The notes beneath the pieces are model-generated. The model worked only from the letters and a program-made list of their open reading frames with translations, was not told where the DNA came from and did no database searches. This document shows positions 8,440 through 17,558 of a stretch of DNA of 64,000 bases, in pieces. This DNA is from an uncultured Dehalococcoidia bacterium (GTDB lineage: Bacteria; Chloroflexota; Dehalococcoidia; Lucifugimonadales; UBA1123). The translations under genes were made by a program, and so were the position numbers. Within the stretch, counting starts at the first letter, position 1. Every line of letters begins with the position of its first letter. The stretch is taken from the NCBI GenBank assembly GCA_964537915.1, contig CAZIDM010000001.1, positions 203,433 through 267,432 of the forward strand, given 5' to 3'.

Positions 8440-10296
8440 GTGTACGGCTACCACGGCAAAGTCCTGATAGTCGATCTCTCTGAACGCACTAGCGTACGTC
8501 AGCCCCTCGATGAGTCGATGCTCAGGCGATTCATCGGCGGGACCGGCCTTGCCAGCTACCTGCTATACACGCACTGCCCTCCCGGCGCTGATCCCCTGGG
8601 TCCCGATAACCCGCTCATCTTCGCCTGCAGCCCGCTGGTCGGAAGCAGACTTACAACTTCGAGCAAGTTCGCGGTGGCAGCGAAGTCGCCTTTAACAGGA
8701 ATGATTGGCGACTCCCTCAGTTCCAGCTTTCTGGCAGTGGAGCTTAAGCGGACGGGCGTGGATGCCCTGATCGTTAAGGGCAGGAGCGACCGGCCCACCT
8801 ATCTCGTGTTGGAAGAGGAAGAAGTTCGATTCGAGGATGCGTCTGCCCTGTTAGGACTTAGCACCCTCGATACTGAAATGGCAGTTAGACAGGAACTTGG
8901 ACGCCGGTTCAGGGTTGCCTGCATAGGGCCGGCCGGCGAGAACGGCGTGCGTTTTGCCAGCATCGCTAATGACGGCGGCAGGCAGGCGGGACGTACAGGC
9001 ACCGGCGCGGTGATGGGTTCCAAGAATCTCAAGGCAATTGCCGTGCGGGGAAGCAACCCGGCTCCAGTATTTGATGCGGAGAATCTCAACGTTGTCGGAC
9101 GCGACCTTTCGGCTCGCAGTCTTGGTCCCGCAACCGAGAAGTACCGCACCACTGGGACGATGGCGAACGTCGCGGTGTTCGACAGGCTCGGCACCCTGCC
9201 GACCCGTAACTTCCAACAGTCCACATTCGACCTGACTGAGGAAGTCAGCGGCGAGGCCATGTACAGCGGTCACTTCGTCAAGAACGCCCACTGCGCGAAC
9301 TGCACCATAGGGTGCGAGAAGGTTCTTACGGTTGGGGACGGCTCACGAAAGTCGACGGGCCGCATGGAATACGAGAGCGCATTCGCCCTTGGCCCGCTTG
9401 TTGGCGTCGGCGATCGCGAAACCGTTATTCGCGCGTCTCACTTCTGCGACGAAGTGGGGATTGACACGATAAGCGCGGGAGGCACGATTGCATGGGCGAT
9501 GGAGTGCTTTGAACGCGGTATCCTGACCCTTGAAGACACAGATGGCCTCGAACTGAGATTCGGGAACGCGGATGCCCTCCTGCCCTGCCTGAAGGCCATT
9601 GCCACAAAGTCAGGAAATCTCGGGGCGATCCTGTCGGAGGGATCGAGGATAGCGTCGCAGACTGTCGGTAACGGTTCGGAAGCATGGGCAATGCACGTCA
9701 AGGGCCTTGAGATGCCTGGCTACGAGCCTCGAAGTCTGCAGACGATGGCGCTGGCCCTTGCCGTCAGCACGCGGGGTGCCTGCCACAACAGATCATCTGC
9801 GTACGAGGCTGACTTCTCCAACCGCGTGAATCGCATGGAGGCGGACGCCGAGAGGGGAACTATCACGGCAGACGGCGAGGACTTCTCCGCAGTCCTGGAT
9901 TCATTGATCTGGTGTAAGTTCCTTCGCAAGGCATTCGATGACTTCTGGGCTGAGTCAGCAAACTCACTTGGCCTGATCACCGGCTGGGACGTACAGCCGG
10001 ATGAACTCAAGAAGGCTGGCGAGAGAATCAATAACCTCAAGAAGCAGTTCAACATTCGTGAGGGCTGGACGCGCGATGACGACACCCTGCCCGAGCGAGT
10101 ACTTACTGAACGACTCCCAGATGGCCCGGCGGCCGACGTGGGGCTATCTGAAGAAGATCTTCAGATGATGGTGTCGGCCTACTATCAAGCCAGAGGATGG
10201 AATCCAGACGGCACTATTCCAGGCAGTAAGTTACGCGAGCTTCAACTGGATGATCTCTGCATGGACCGAGAAGTCGACGGTGCAATTGCTCGGTAG
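8440..10296 (+). CDS. aor: Aldehyde:ferredoxin oxidoreductase (tungstopterin AOR family)
   Basis: 618 aa. N-terminal 'YHGKVLIVDLSERT...' AOR_N pattern, and 'GPAGENGVRFASI' and 'GLEMPGYEPR' blocks typical of AOR. GTG start. Confidence 0.85.
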   Translation: MYGYHGKVLIVDLSERTSVRQPLDESMLRRFIGGTGLASYLLYTHCPPGADPLGPDNPLIFACSPLVGSRLTTSSKFAVAAKSPLTGMIGDSLSSSFLAVELKRTGVDALIVKGRSDRPTYLVLEEEEVRFEDASALLGLSTLDTEMAVRQELGRRFRVACIGPAGENGVRFASIANDGGRQAGRTGTGAVMGSKNLKAIAVRGSNPAPVFDAENLNVVGRDLSARSLGPATEKYRTTGTMANVAVFDRLGTLPTRNFQQSTFDLTEEVSGEAMYSGHFVKNAHCANCTIGCEKVLTVGDGSRKSTGRMEYESAFALGPLVGVGDRETVIRASHFCDEVGIDTISAGGTIAWAMECFERGILTLEDTDGLELRFGNADALLPCLKAIATKSGNLGAILSEGSRIASQTVGNGSEAWAMHVKGLEMPGYEPRSLQTMALALAVSTRGACHNRSSAYEADFSNRVNRMEADAERGTITADGEDFSAVLDSLIWCKFLRKAFDDFWAESANSLGLITGWDVQPDELKKAGERINNLKKQFNIREGWTRDDDTLPERVLTERLPDGPAADVGLSEEDLQMMVSAYYQARGWNPDGTIPGSKLRELQLDDLCMDREVDGAIAR

Positions 10297-10331
10297 ATGC
10301 GACACAGAATGAACATCGTGTCGATACAGTC

Positions 10332-10340
10332 TGCTAGAAT
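10332..10340 (+). promoter_or_regulatory. Extended -10 promoter element TGCTAGAAT upstream of the fdsGBA operon
   Basis: TGnTAGAAT lies in the 85-nt spacer between aor and fdsG. The identical 12-mer TGCTAGAATCTC also forms the rpsO -10 region (58653-58664). No good -35. Confidence 0.4.
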
Positions 10341-10381
10341 CTCGATGCTCAAATATGGGATGAAATCGTAGGGTATCTCTG

Positions 10382-10849
10382 TTGCCGACCGACCGAAACT
10401 CTTTGCGACGCGAGTTGCGTGAGCGGTTTCCGCGAAACCACGGCCAACTCCTGCCTGCTCTTCACTACCTGCATCACGAGTTCGGCCACCTGCCCGGCTG
10501 GGCAATGGAGGTCGTTGGCTGGCACTTGGGAATTCCTTCATCTGAGGTGTACGGCGCCGCGACCTCTTACACTGAACTGCGAGTCGAAAAGCCCGGCTCC
10601 ACGGTGGTACGTGTCTGTGGTGCTCTGAGCTGCGCGGCTGCTGGCTCCGATCAGATACTGGAAGCGATCGGCTCGGAATTCGACGTCTGCCCAGGTGGTA
10701 CGTCAGATGACGATACACTGACGCTTGAGCAGGTGCCATGCGGATTCCTGTGTGCAATGGCTCCCGCAATCGAGGTCGATGGGCGCTGGCACGGGCGTCT
10801 TGACTCGGAAGCGGCACTGGAAATCGTTAGGAGTGCTGTGAGTGGCTGA
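10382..10849 (+). CDS. fdsG: NAD-dependent formate dehydrogenase gamma subunit (NuoE/HoxE-like 2Fe-2S protein)
   Basis: 'LLPALHYLHHEFGHLP' and a four-Cys pattern ('VCGALSC' and 'PCGFLCAMAP'). TTG start; overlaps the next gene. Confidence 0.8.
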   Translation: MPTDRNSLRRELRERFPRNHGQLLPALHYLHHEFGHLPGWAMEVVGWHLGIPSSEVYGAATSYTELRVEKPGSTVVRVCGALSCAAAGSDQILEAIGSEFDVCPGGTSDDDTLTLEQVPCGFLCAMAPAIEVDGRWHGRLDSEAALEIVRSAVSG

Positions 10850-12434
10850 CGAGAGTATCCAGTCAAGAATGGACTCAATCGTCCAGTCAGCTGCTGAACG
10901 ATTCGAAGGGCGGGTAGGCGGCAATACCAGGGTGATAGTCCACGTAGGTCATTGTAGCCAGTCCGCGGGCGCCGATGCAGTCGTCGACACACTCCGGGAT
11001 CAGCTGGACGATCAGACCGCACTGATTGTGGCCGGATGCGACGGAGTGTGTTTCGCAGCTCCTTCAGCTGAGGTCATCCATCCAGAAGGCAGTCGCAGTT
11101 ACTTCCAGAACCTGGCGCCGGAAACCACGGAACTGACGAAGTTGACGTCGTCGATAGATGACAACGGGGCTGAGGCAAAGACCTTCCTCTCCGGCCAGGA
11201 ACGGGTGTCACTCAGCGACTGCGGCAGCCTGGAGGCTGACTCCATCGACCATTACGTAGCTGTTGGCGGTTACACTGCCTGGGCAAAGGCCCTGCAATCC
11301 ACGCCTGAATCTGTCATCGATCACGTCAAGGAGTCTCGACTGAGAGGCAGGGGCGGAGCCTACTTCCCCGCCGGAATCAAGTGGGAGGCCGCCCGGAATA
11401 CCAGGGCCGAAAGAAGGTATGTCGTCGTTAACTGCGAGGAGGGAGAACCCGGCCTCTTCAAGGACCGCCATCTCATGGAGGGTGTACCTCACAGGATTAT
11501 TGAAGGCGCGCTTATCGCCGCCTATGCAATAGACTCCCACGACATTATCTTCTACATCAATGCCGAGGCGAATCTCTCCAGCCAGCGAATGACCCTGGCT
11601 GTGGAACAGGCGACGGATCTTGGACTCATAGGCGAAGACGTGCTTGGCTCGGGCTTTGACGTTCACGTCGAGATTCGGCGAGGCGCGGGCGGTTACGTGT
11701 GCGGGGACGAGACGACACTGCTTAACACGGTTGAGGGCTATCGTCGGGAGCCGCGTTTGCGACCACCCTTCCCAACCGAAGCAGGGCTCTGGGGTCTCCC
11801 AACCGTCATCAACAACGCCGAGACGCTTGCCAATGTCCCGTACATCATGGGTCATAATTCCGATGAGTTCACCTCCATTGGGGATGGCGAAGACACAGGA
11901 ACGAAGATCATCAGCCTGAGCGGCTCTGTTAAGCGTCCTGGACTTGTCGAAGTGCCCATTGGCGCCACGCTGCGGGAAATCATCTACGACATCGGAGGCG
12001 GAACTCGGGACGACCGGGAACTCACGGCGATCGGCGTCGGAGGGCCCTCCAGCGGCGTATTTCCTCCCTCCATGCTCGATACGAGAATCAAACCCGGATT
12101 CCTGCATGGCGCCGGGGTGATGCTTGGAGCTGGCGGCGTCATCGCGATCGACGACTCAATGGACGTGTTTGAAGTCGTCAGAAACCTGGCGCAGTATAAT
12201 GCCGACGAGTCGTGTGGCAAGTGCACGCCATGTCGTGAGGGCACACCCAGAATGGTTGAGATGCTCGATGGGTTGGGAGAAGACCTGGGTTCCCGAGGCG
12301 CATTGGAAGACCTTGCGAGGCTCGTAAACGAGACATCCCTGTGCGGACTGGGACAGGCTGCTGGCAATCCAATTCTGAGCGGGCTGCACTTCTTCGGTGA
12401 CCGGTTAGCAAGGCGTCAAGGAGTCGATGGATGA
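10842..12434 (+). CDS. fdsB: NAD-dependent formate dehydrogenase beta subunit (NuoF-like, FMN/NADH-binding)
   Basis: 'GRGGAYFPAGIKWE', 'NCEEGEPG', and C-terminal 'ESCGKCTPCREG' 4Fe-4S motif. Has an N-terminal thioredoxin-like extension. Confidence 0.9.
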   Translation: MADESIQSRMDSIVQSAAERFEGRVGGNTRVIVHVGHCSQSAGADAVVDTLRDQLDDQTALIVAGCDGVCFAAPSAEVIHPEGSRSYFQNLAPETTELTKLTSSIDDNGAEAKTFLSGQERVSLSDCGSLEADSIDHYVAVGGYTAWAKALQSTPESVIDHVKESRLRGRGGAYFPAGIKWEAARNTRAERRYVVVNCEEGEPGLFKDRHLMEGVPHRIIEGALIAAYAIDSHDIIFYINAEANLSSQRMTLAVEQATDLGLIGEDVLGSGFDVHVEIRRGAGGYVCGDETTLLNTVEGYRREPRLRPPFPTEAGLWGLPTVINNAETLANVPYIMGHNSDEFTSIGDGEDTGTKIISLSGSVKRPGLVEVPIGATLREIIYDIGGGTRDDRELTAIGVGGPSSGVFPPSMLDTRIKPGFLHGAGVMLGAGGVIAIDDSMDVFEVVRNLAQYNADESCGKCTPCREGTPRMVEMLDGLGEDLGSRGALEDLARLVNETSLCGLGQAAGNPILSGLHFFGDRLARRQGVDG

Positions 12435-15181
12435 GCGTCACACTCTCGATAAATGGCAGCAGCGTAACCGTTAAAGAAGGCTCGTCAGTTCTGGACGCAA
12501 TCAACCAGTCGGGCACCTACATCTCCCAACTTTGTAAAGACCCCGACATGAAGCCAATAGGCGCGTGCAGGACGTGCCTGGTGAATATCGATGGTATGCG
12601 AGGCTTCCCGGCATCGTGTTCGGTGCCTGCCGCAGAAGGCATGGCTGTCGAGACTGAGACTGACAGGGCGCGAGACCTTCGTAAGGGCGTCCTTGAACTG
12701 ACGATGGCGATGTTCCCGGAATCCGATGAGAGTCCCAACGGGAACTACCGAGAGCTTTCGATTGCGGCCAGGCATCACGGGATAGACACACCAGAGTGGG
12801 AGGGTCGCTCCCGGCAGCCAGTCGACGTATCGAACCCCGTATTCGACATTGCGATGGACTCATGCATCATGTGCGGTCGCTGCGCACAGGCCTGCCAGGA
12901 CGGCCACCAGTTCATCGGCGCGATCGACATCCTTGGGAGGGGGACGGACGCCAGGATCGGCACCTTCATGGACCGCCCCCTGGTTGAATCCGTATGTACC
13001 ACTTGTGGCTCCTGCCTCGCTTCCTGCCCAACCGGTGCGATTCGGGTAAAGAGTGATCCACCTGAGACGGCACGTACGGTCACTACGACCTGCCCCTACT
13101 GCGGAGTCGGGTGCGGAATCCAGGCGAAGGTAGATATCAACGACAACATCATTGAGATACTCGATGATCCCGACAACCAGTCATCGCTTGGAATGCTATG
13201 CGTAAAGGGCAGGTTCGGGTTCTCATTCGTGAATCACCCGGACCGCATCAAGAAGCCTCTTATTCGCAAGGATGGCGAGCTTGTCGAAGTGGATTGGGAA
13301 GAAGCGCTCGATTACGTCGCCGAGAGACTGTCGGAGTACCGCGGAGACCCATTCGGGACCCTTGCATCCGCCAAGGCCACGAACGAAGACGGCTTCATTC
13401 AGCAGAAGTTCGCCCGCCTCGTCATGGGCAGCAACAACATCGACCACTGCACCAGACTGTGCCACTCGCCATCCGTAGAGGCGATGCTGACCTCACTGGG
13501 CAGTGGGGCAACGTCTAACTCATACATCGACTACGAAGAAGCCGGATGCCTGGTCATCATTGGCTCCGACGCTAACTCCAACCACCCAGTCGCGGCCTCG
13601 AGGATGAGGCGTGCGGTGGTGGAGCGAGGGGCGAAGTTGATCATCATCAACCCTCGCCGCATCGATATGTGCGACTACGCCGACCTCTGGCTCCGACCAC
13701 GCCCGGGCACCGACGTCGCCCTGCTCAACGCAATCGCAAAGGTGATCGTGGACGAGGGACTTACTGATGCCACCTTCGTCTCGGATAGAACTGAAGGCTA
13801 CGATGAGTGGTGGAACACCGTCCAGAAGTACGATCTCGAATATGCCGAGAAGATAACAGGCGTCGCGGCTGAGGACATCGCCGAGGCTGCCCGAATCTAT
13901 GCGAGTCCGCCATTCAGCGGCTCATGCCTCATCTGGGGCATGGGCATAACCCAGCACACCATGGGGACCGCGAACGCTCACGGGCTGCTTAATCTCGCGC
14001 TCGTTGCCGGCCAGTTGGGCCGACCCGGCTCTGGAATATCACCTCTCAGAGGGCAGAACAACGTCCAGGGCTGCGGCGACTCCGGCTGTGTGCCGAACTC
14101 ATTCCCAGGCTACCAGCCCATCGGCCCTGAGTCAGTCGAGAAATTCCAGGAAGCATGGAGCAACCAGCCGCTGCCTCCTGATCCTGGGCTCGTCATAACT
14201 GAGATGGTCCCAGCCATGGACACTGGTCGGATCAAGGCGATGTACGTCACTGGTGAGAACCCATTGTTGAGCGAACCGGACCTCAGCCACGCTGAAGAGA
14301 TGTTCAAGAAGCTGGACTTCCTGGTTGTGCAGGACATATTCCTGCACGAGACGGCGCGGATTGCCGACGTTGTTCTGCCCGCTACGTCCTTCGCTGAGAA
14401 AGACGGTACGTTTACCAACAGCGAACGCCGAGTGCAGCGCGTCCGGAAGGCAGTCGAGCCAGTTGGCGAGAGCAAAGCAGACTGGGAGATTATCCGAGAT
14501 GTCGCCCAGCGCATGAGTTCCAGGCTTGGGTTGGAGTTGGAGCACGAGTTCGACTACAGTCACCCTTCGGAGATCTTCGACGAGATGACCACGCTCATGC
14601 CAATCATCGCGGGCATCTCGTATGATCGCCTTGAGAACGAGGGTGGTATCCAGTGGCCCTGCCCCACTCCGGATCATCCCGGAACGCGCTTCCTGTATGA
14701 GTCTGATTTCCCGAGGGGCCCCAGGGCGAAGTTTGTAGGCTTCGACCAGGGTCCGGTTGCAGACGAGACACCGTCTGCGAGATTCCCTCTGATTCTCAAC
14801 ACAGGGAGAATCCTCTACCACTGGCATGGCGGCACGATCACGAGACGCGCAGATAATCTTCTGGCCCGTTCCCCTGAACTGACAGTCGGGATGAACCCTG
14901 CTGACGGTGAGAAGTACGGCGTAGCTGATGGGGAATGGATACGAGTCAGGTCACGCCGCGGAGATCTCGAGGCCAGGGCAGTCTATACGGAGCGACAACG
15001 CGTGGGGGAGATATTCGTCCCATTCGTCAGGCTTCAGGAGCACGCCGCCAACTTCCTTACCAACGCTGCATTGGACCCGAATTCCAGGATTCCTGAGTAC
15101 AAGGTCTGCGCCGTTCGCGTAGACCCGGTCGGCGAGGACAGAGGCGTAACTGCCAACCGCAGACCCGTGGCGGCTAGATGA
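12431..15181 (+). CDS. fdsA: Formate dehydrogenase alpha subunit (Mo/W-bisPGD, Cys-type)
   Basis: N-terminal 2Fe-2S ('GACRTCLV'); 4Fe-4S motifs 'CIMCGRCAQAC', 'CTTCGSCLASCP', 'CPYCGVGC'. The active site 'DHCTRLCHSPSV' has Cys where selenoenzymes have Sec. ATGA overlap with fdsB. Confidence 0.92.
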   Translation: MSVTLSINGSSVTVKEGSSVLDAINQSGTYISQLCKDPDMKPIGACRTCLVNIDGMRGFPASCSVPAAEGMAVETETDRARDLRKGVLELTMAMFPESDESPNGNYRELSIAARHHGIDTPEWEGRSRQPVDVSNPVFDIAMDSCIMCGRCAQACQDGHQFIGAIDILGRGTDARIGTFMDRPLVESVCTTCGSCLASCPTGAIRVKSDPPETARTVTTTCPYCGVGCGIQAKVDINDNIIEILDDPDNQSSLGMLCVKGRFGFSFVNHPDRIKKPLIRKDGELVEVDWEEALDYVAERLSEYRGDPFGTLASAKATNEDGFIQQKFARLVMGSNNIDHCTRLCHSPSVEAMLTSLGSGATSNSYIDYEEAGCLVIIGSDANSNHPVAASRMRRAVVERGAKLIIINPRRIDMCDYADLWLRPRPGTDVALLNAIAKVIVDEGLTDATFVSDRTEGYDEWWNTVQKYDLEYAEKITGVAAEDIAEAARIYASPPFSGSCLIWGMGITQHTMGTANAHGLLNLALVAGQLGRPGSGISPLRGQNNVQGCGDSGCVPNSFPGYQPIGPESVEKFQEAWSNQPLPPDPGLVITEMVPAMDTGRIKAMYVTGENPLLSEPDLSHAEEMFKKLDFLVVQDIFLHETARIADVVLPATSFAEKDGTFTNSERRVQRVRKAVEPVGESKADWEIIRDVAQRMSSRLGLELEHEFDYSHPSEIFDEMTTLMPIIAGISYDRLENEGGIQWPCPTPDHPGTRFLYESDFPRGPRAKFVGFDQGPVADETPSARFPLILNTGRILYHWHGGTITRRADNLLARSPELTVGMNPADGEKYGVADGEWIRVRSRRGDLEARAVYTERQRVGEIFVPFVRLQEHAANFLTNAALDPNSRIPEYKVCAVRVDPVGEDRGVTANRRPVAAR

Positions 15182-15822
15182 CCCAACAGCCGCTGTCACA
15201 GATTCCGAGGCCGAGCGTAAGTTCGTATGAGGGCAAGAAGAACCTGTTTCTAGTCCCGAACTACATTGTCGCACCGGGAATCCCTGATGACGCCAGGGAA
15301 CTCATAGAGAAGTACTGGTCTGAGGTCCGAGATTCCATAGGAAACCTCGAAAGATCTCTGGGCACTGTATCAAAGGTGTACCACGAGATGATCTGCGCTG
15401 AAGGCGATGAGGGCCTTCAGCATCTCGAGGTCCTGAACCCGACTGCCTGTACCCTGATACGAGCAATGTGCCAGTCCACTGCCACAATGTGTCAGTTGGA
15501 AGACCCCGAACTTGTAGCTGAACACTCCGACTGGCAGCGTGTGCTGACAATGGGTCCCGCCAGCCAGAAGGTCTTGCAGGCTTCACTTGAGGGCTACCAG
15601 GACACTCTAGCGGCCAGGTACAGGGGAATTGCGGACAGGATCAGAGACGATCTTGGCGTCGGCGACTGCGCCGTGCTCTTCATTCGAGAGGACCATCAGG
15701 TCCAGTTCCCAACAGAAGTCCAGGTCTTCTACGTCGCGCCACCCTCTCTGGACGCCCTGAAGCGGTGGCTCGACGACTACTTCCGTTCCCCACCTCAACC
15801 TGAGACACCAGAGGGAGAGTGA
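15178..15822 (+). CDS. Hypothetical protein translationally coupled to fdsA
   Basis: 214-aa ORF. Its ATG overlaps the fdsA TGA (ATGA). No family recognised; not FdhD-like or FdsD-like by eye. Confidence 0.6.
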   Translation: MTQQPLSQIPRPSVSSYEGKKNLFLVPNYIVAPGIPDDARELIEKYWSEVRDSIGNLERSLGTVSKVYHEMICAEGDEGLQHLEVLNPTACTLIRAMCQSTATMCQLEDPELVAEHSDWQRVLTMGPASQKVLQASLEGYQDTLAARYRGIADRIRDDLGVGDCAVLFIREDHQVQFPTEVQVFYVAPPSLDALKRWLDDYFRSPPQPETPEGE

Positions 15823-15829
15823 GTCCCAC

Positions 15830-17533
15830 ATGACCGAGCAAGCAAATGGTGCAAAACTGCGATCAAGCGAATGGTTCGATACGCCAGAGCTCTACGGATG
15901 GCTGCGTCGCGCAGCGTTCATGGCCGAAGGGTACGGCCCCGATGCGTACGAAGGCAGGCCGATTATCGGCATCTGTAACTCGTGGAGCGAGCTGACACAC
16001 TGTAACGCTCACTTGCGGACCCTTGCCGAGGCTGTGAAGCGAGGCGTGTGGCAGGCTGGCGGATTCCCGATGGAATTCCCGGTGATGTCGCTCGGTGAGT
16101 ACAACATGCGTCCGACAACCATGCTGTTCAGAAATCTGATGAGCATGGAGGTTGAGGAATCGATCCGCGCCAATCCACTGGACGGAGTAGTGCTTCTGGG
16201 CGGCTGCGACAAGACGACCCCTGCCCTTCTCATGGGCGCTGCGAGCGCAGACATCCCCTCGATCATGGTTACCGGAGGGCCGCAACTCAAGGCCAACTGG
16301 CGTGGGGAGGAACTCGGCTCCTGCACCGACTGCCGACGTTACGAAGTGGAGCTTCGCGCGGGGAGGATCACGGAGGACGAGTGGGCAGAACTTCAGACCT
16401 GCATTGTCAGGAGCCCTGGTCACTGCATGGTGATGGGCACCGCATCCACGATGGCCTCGGTTTCGGAGGCTATGGGAATTGCGCTGCCCGGTAATGGAGC
16501 AACTCCCGCGGTAGACTCCCGGAGACTCCGAATATCCGAGTTGGCCGGACGTCAGATCGTTGAACTCGTCCGGCAGGACATACGGCCGTCTCACATACTC
16601 ACGCGGCAGGCGTTCGAAAACGGAATTCGGACCCTGCACGCCATGGGAGGGTCTACGAACGCGGTCATCCATCTGACAGCCATTGCAGGAAGACTGGGAA
16701 TCGACCTGCCCGGCACCTTGTTTGATGAGCTCTCTCGGACTACTCCGTTCCTGTTGAACCTGAAGCCATCGGGCAGATACCTCATGGAAGACTTCTTCCA
16801 TGCCGGCGGAGTGGGGGCGTTGCTGAAAGAGATCGCCCCCCTTCTGCACACGGACTCGCTCACCGCTACTGGGCAGCCTCTGGGACAGAACTTTGAACCT
16901 GCCATCAACTACGATCAGGATGTGATTCGTACCCTGGACAACCCGATGAACCCCGAAGGCGGTCTTGCAGTGCTGACGGGCTCTCTGGCGCCAACCGGTG
17001 CATTGATCAAGCCAACGGCTGCATCCGAATCGCTGATGACCCACGAGGGGCGCGCGATAGTCTTCGAAGACCACGACGATCTATTCGCGCGCGTCGACGA
17101 CCCGGACCTCGACGTGACTCCCAACGACGTGCTGGTGATGCGCTCCAGCGGGCCGATAGGCGGCCCTGGAATGCCCGAATGGGGGTTCCTGCCCCTTCCC
17201 AAGAAGATCCTCGCCTCGGGTGTCCGGGACATGGTCCGCCTGAGCGACGCGAGGATGAGCGGCACAGCGTTTGGGACGGTCGTGGTCCACGTCACCCCCG
17301 AGTCAGCCGCCGGCGGCCCACTTGCGGCCGTCAGGAACGGCGACCGTATCAAGCTGGACGTCCCCAGCCGGAGCCTTGACCTCCTCGTGGATGACCGTGA
17401 GATCAAGCGGCGACTCACGGAGTCACCCCCGGTCCGGCCGGTCCACAAGCGCGGCTACACCTCGATGTATTCGCAACACGTAATGCAGGCTGATAGCGGC
17501 TGCGACTTCGACTTCCTGCTGGCCGTAGACTAG
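15830..17533 (+). CDS. IlvD/Edd-family dehydratase, sugar-acid (arabinonate/xylonate) type
   Basis: 'KLRSSEWF...RPIIGICNSWSELTHCNAHL' N-terminus resembles aldonate dehydratases. Also 'GGCDKTTPA' and 567-aa length. Confidence 0.85.
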   Translation: MTEQANGAKLRSSEWFDTPELYGWLRRAAFMAEGYGPDAYEGRPIIGICNSWSELTHCNAHLRTLAEAVKRGVWQAGGFPMEFPVMSLGEYNMRPTTMLFRNLMSMEVEESIRANPLDGVVLLGGCDKTTPALLMGAASADIPSIMVTGGPQLKANWRGEELGSCTDCRRYEVELRAGRITEDEWAELQTCIVRSPGHCMVMGTASTMASVSEAMGIALPGNGATPAVDSRRLRISELAGRQIVELVRQDIRPSHILTRQAFENGIRTLHAMGGSTNAVIHLTAIAGRLGIDLPGTLFDELSRTTPFLLNLKPSGRYLMEDFFHAGGVGALLKEIAPLLHTDSLTATGQPLGQNFEPAINYDQDVIRTLDNPMNPEGGLAVLTGSLAPTGALIKPTAASESLMTHEGRAIVFEDHDDLFARVDDPDLDVTPNDVLVMRSSGPIGGPGMPEWGFLPLPKKILASGVRDMVRLSDARMSGTAFGTVVVHVTPESAAGGPLAAVRNGDRIKLDVPSRSLDLLVDDREIKRRLTESPPVRPVHKRGYTSMYSQHVMQADSGCDFDFLLAVD

Positions 17534-17558
17534 CCAGGGGGCCGTCGGGGAGACTGAC

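Noticed and set aside
12431-15181. Selenocysteine (in-frame TGA plus SECIS) in the formate dehydrogenase.
   Set aside because: The ORF is uninterrupted, and the position aligned to Sec is a Cys codon ('TRLCHSPSV').
15863-17074. Long antisense or alternate-frame ORFs lie inside well-supported genes. Examples: 15863-17074(-) in the IlvD/Edd gene; 11208-12107(-) in fdsB; 14132-14827(-) in fdsA; 59188-60243(-) and 60427-60987(-) in pnp; 27534-28493(+) opposite prs; 43235-43870(-) in ubiD; 45011-45646(+) and 46513-47037(+) in alternate frames; 49867-50490(-); 55285-55986(+); 24287-24844(+).
   Set aside because: These are shadow ORFs, typical of GC-rich DNA. Their products are Arg/Pro/Gly/Ser-rich with no motifs and no SD, and each is fully covered by a gene with strong family signatures.
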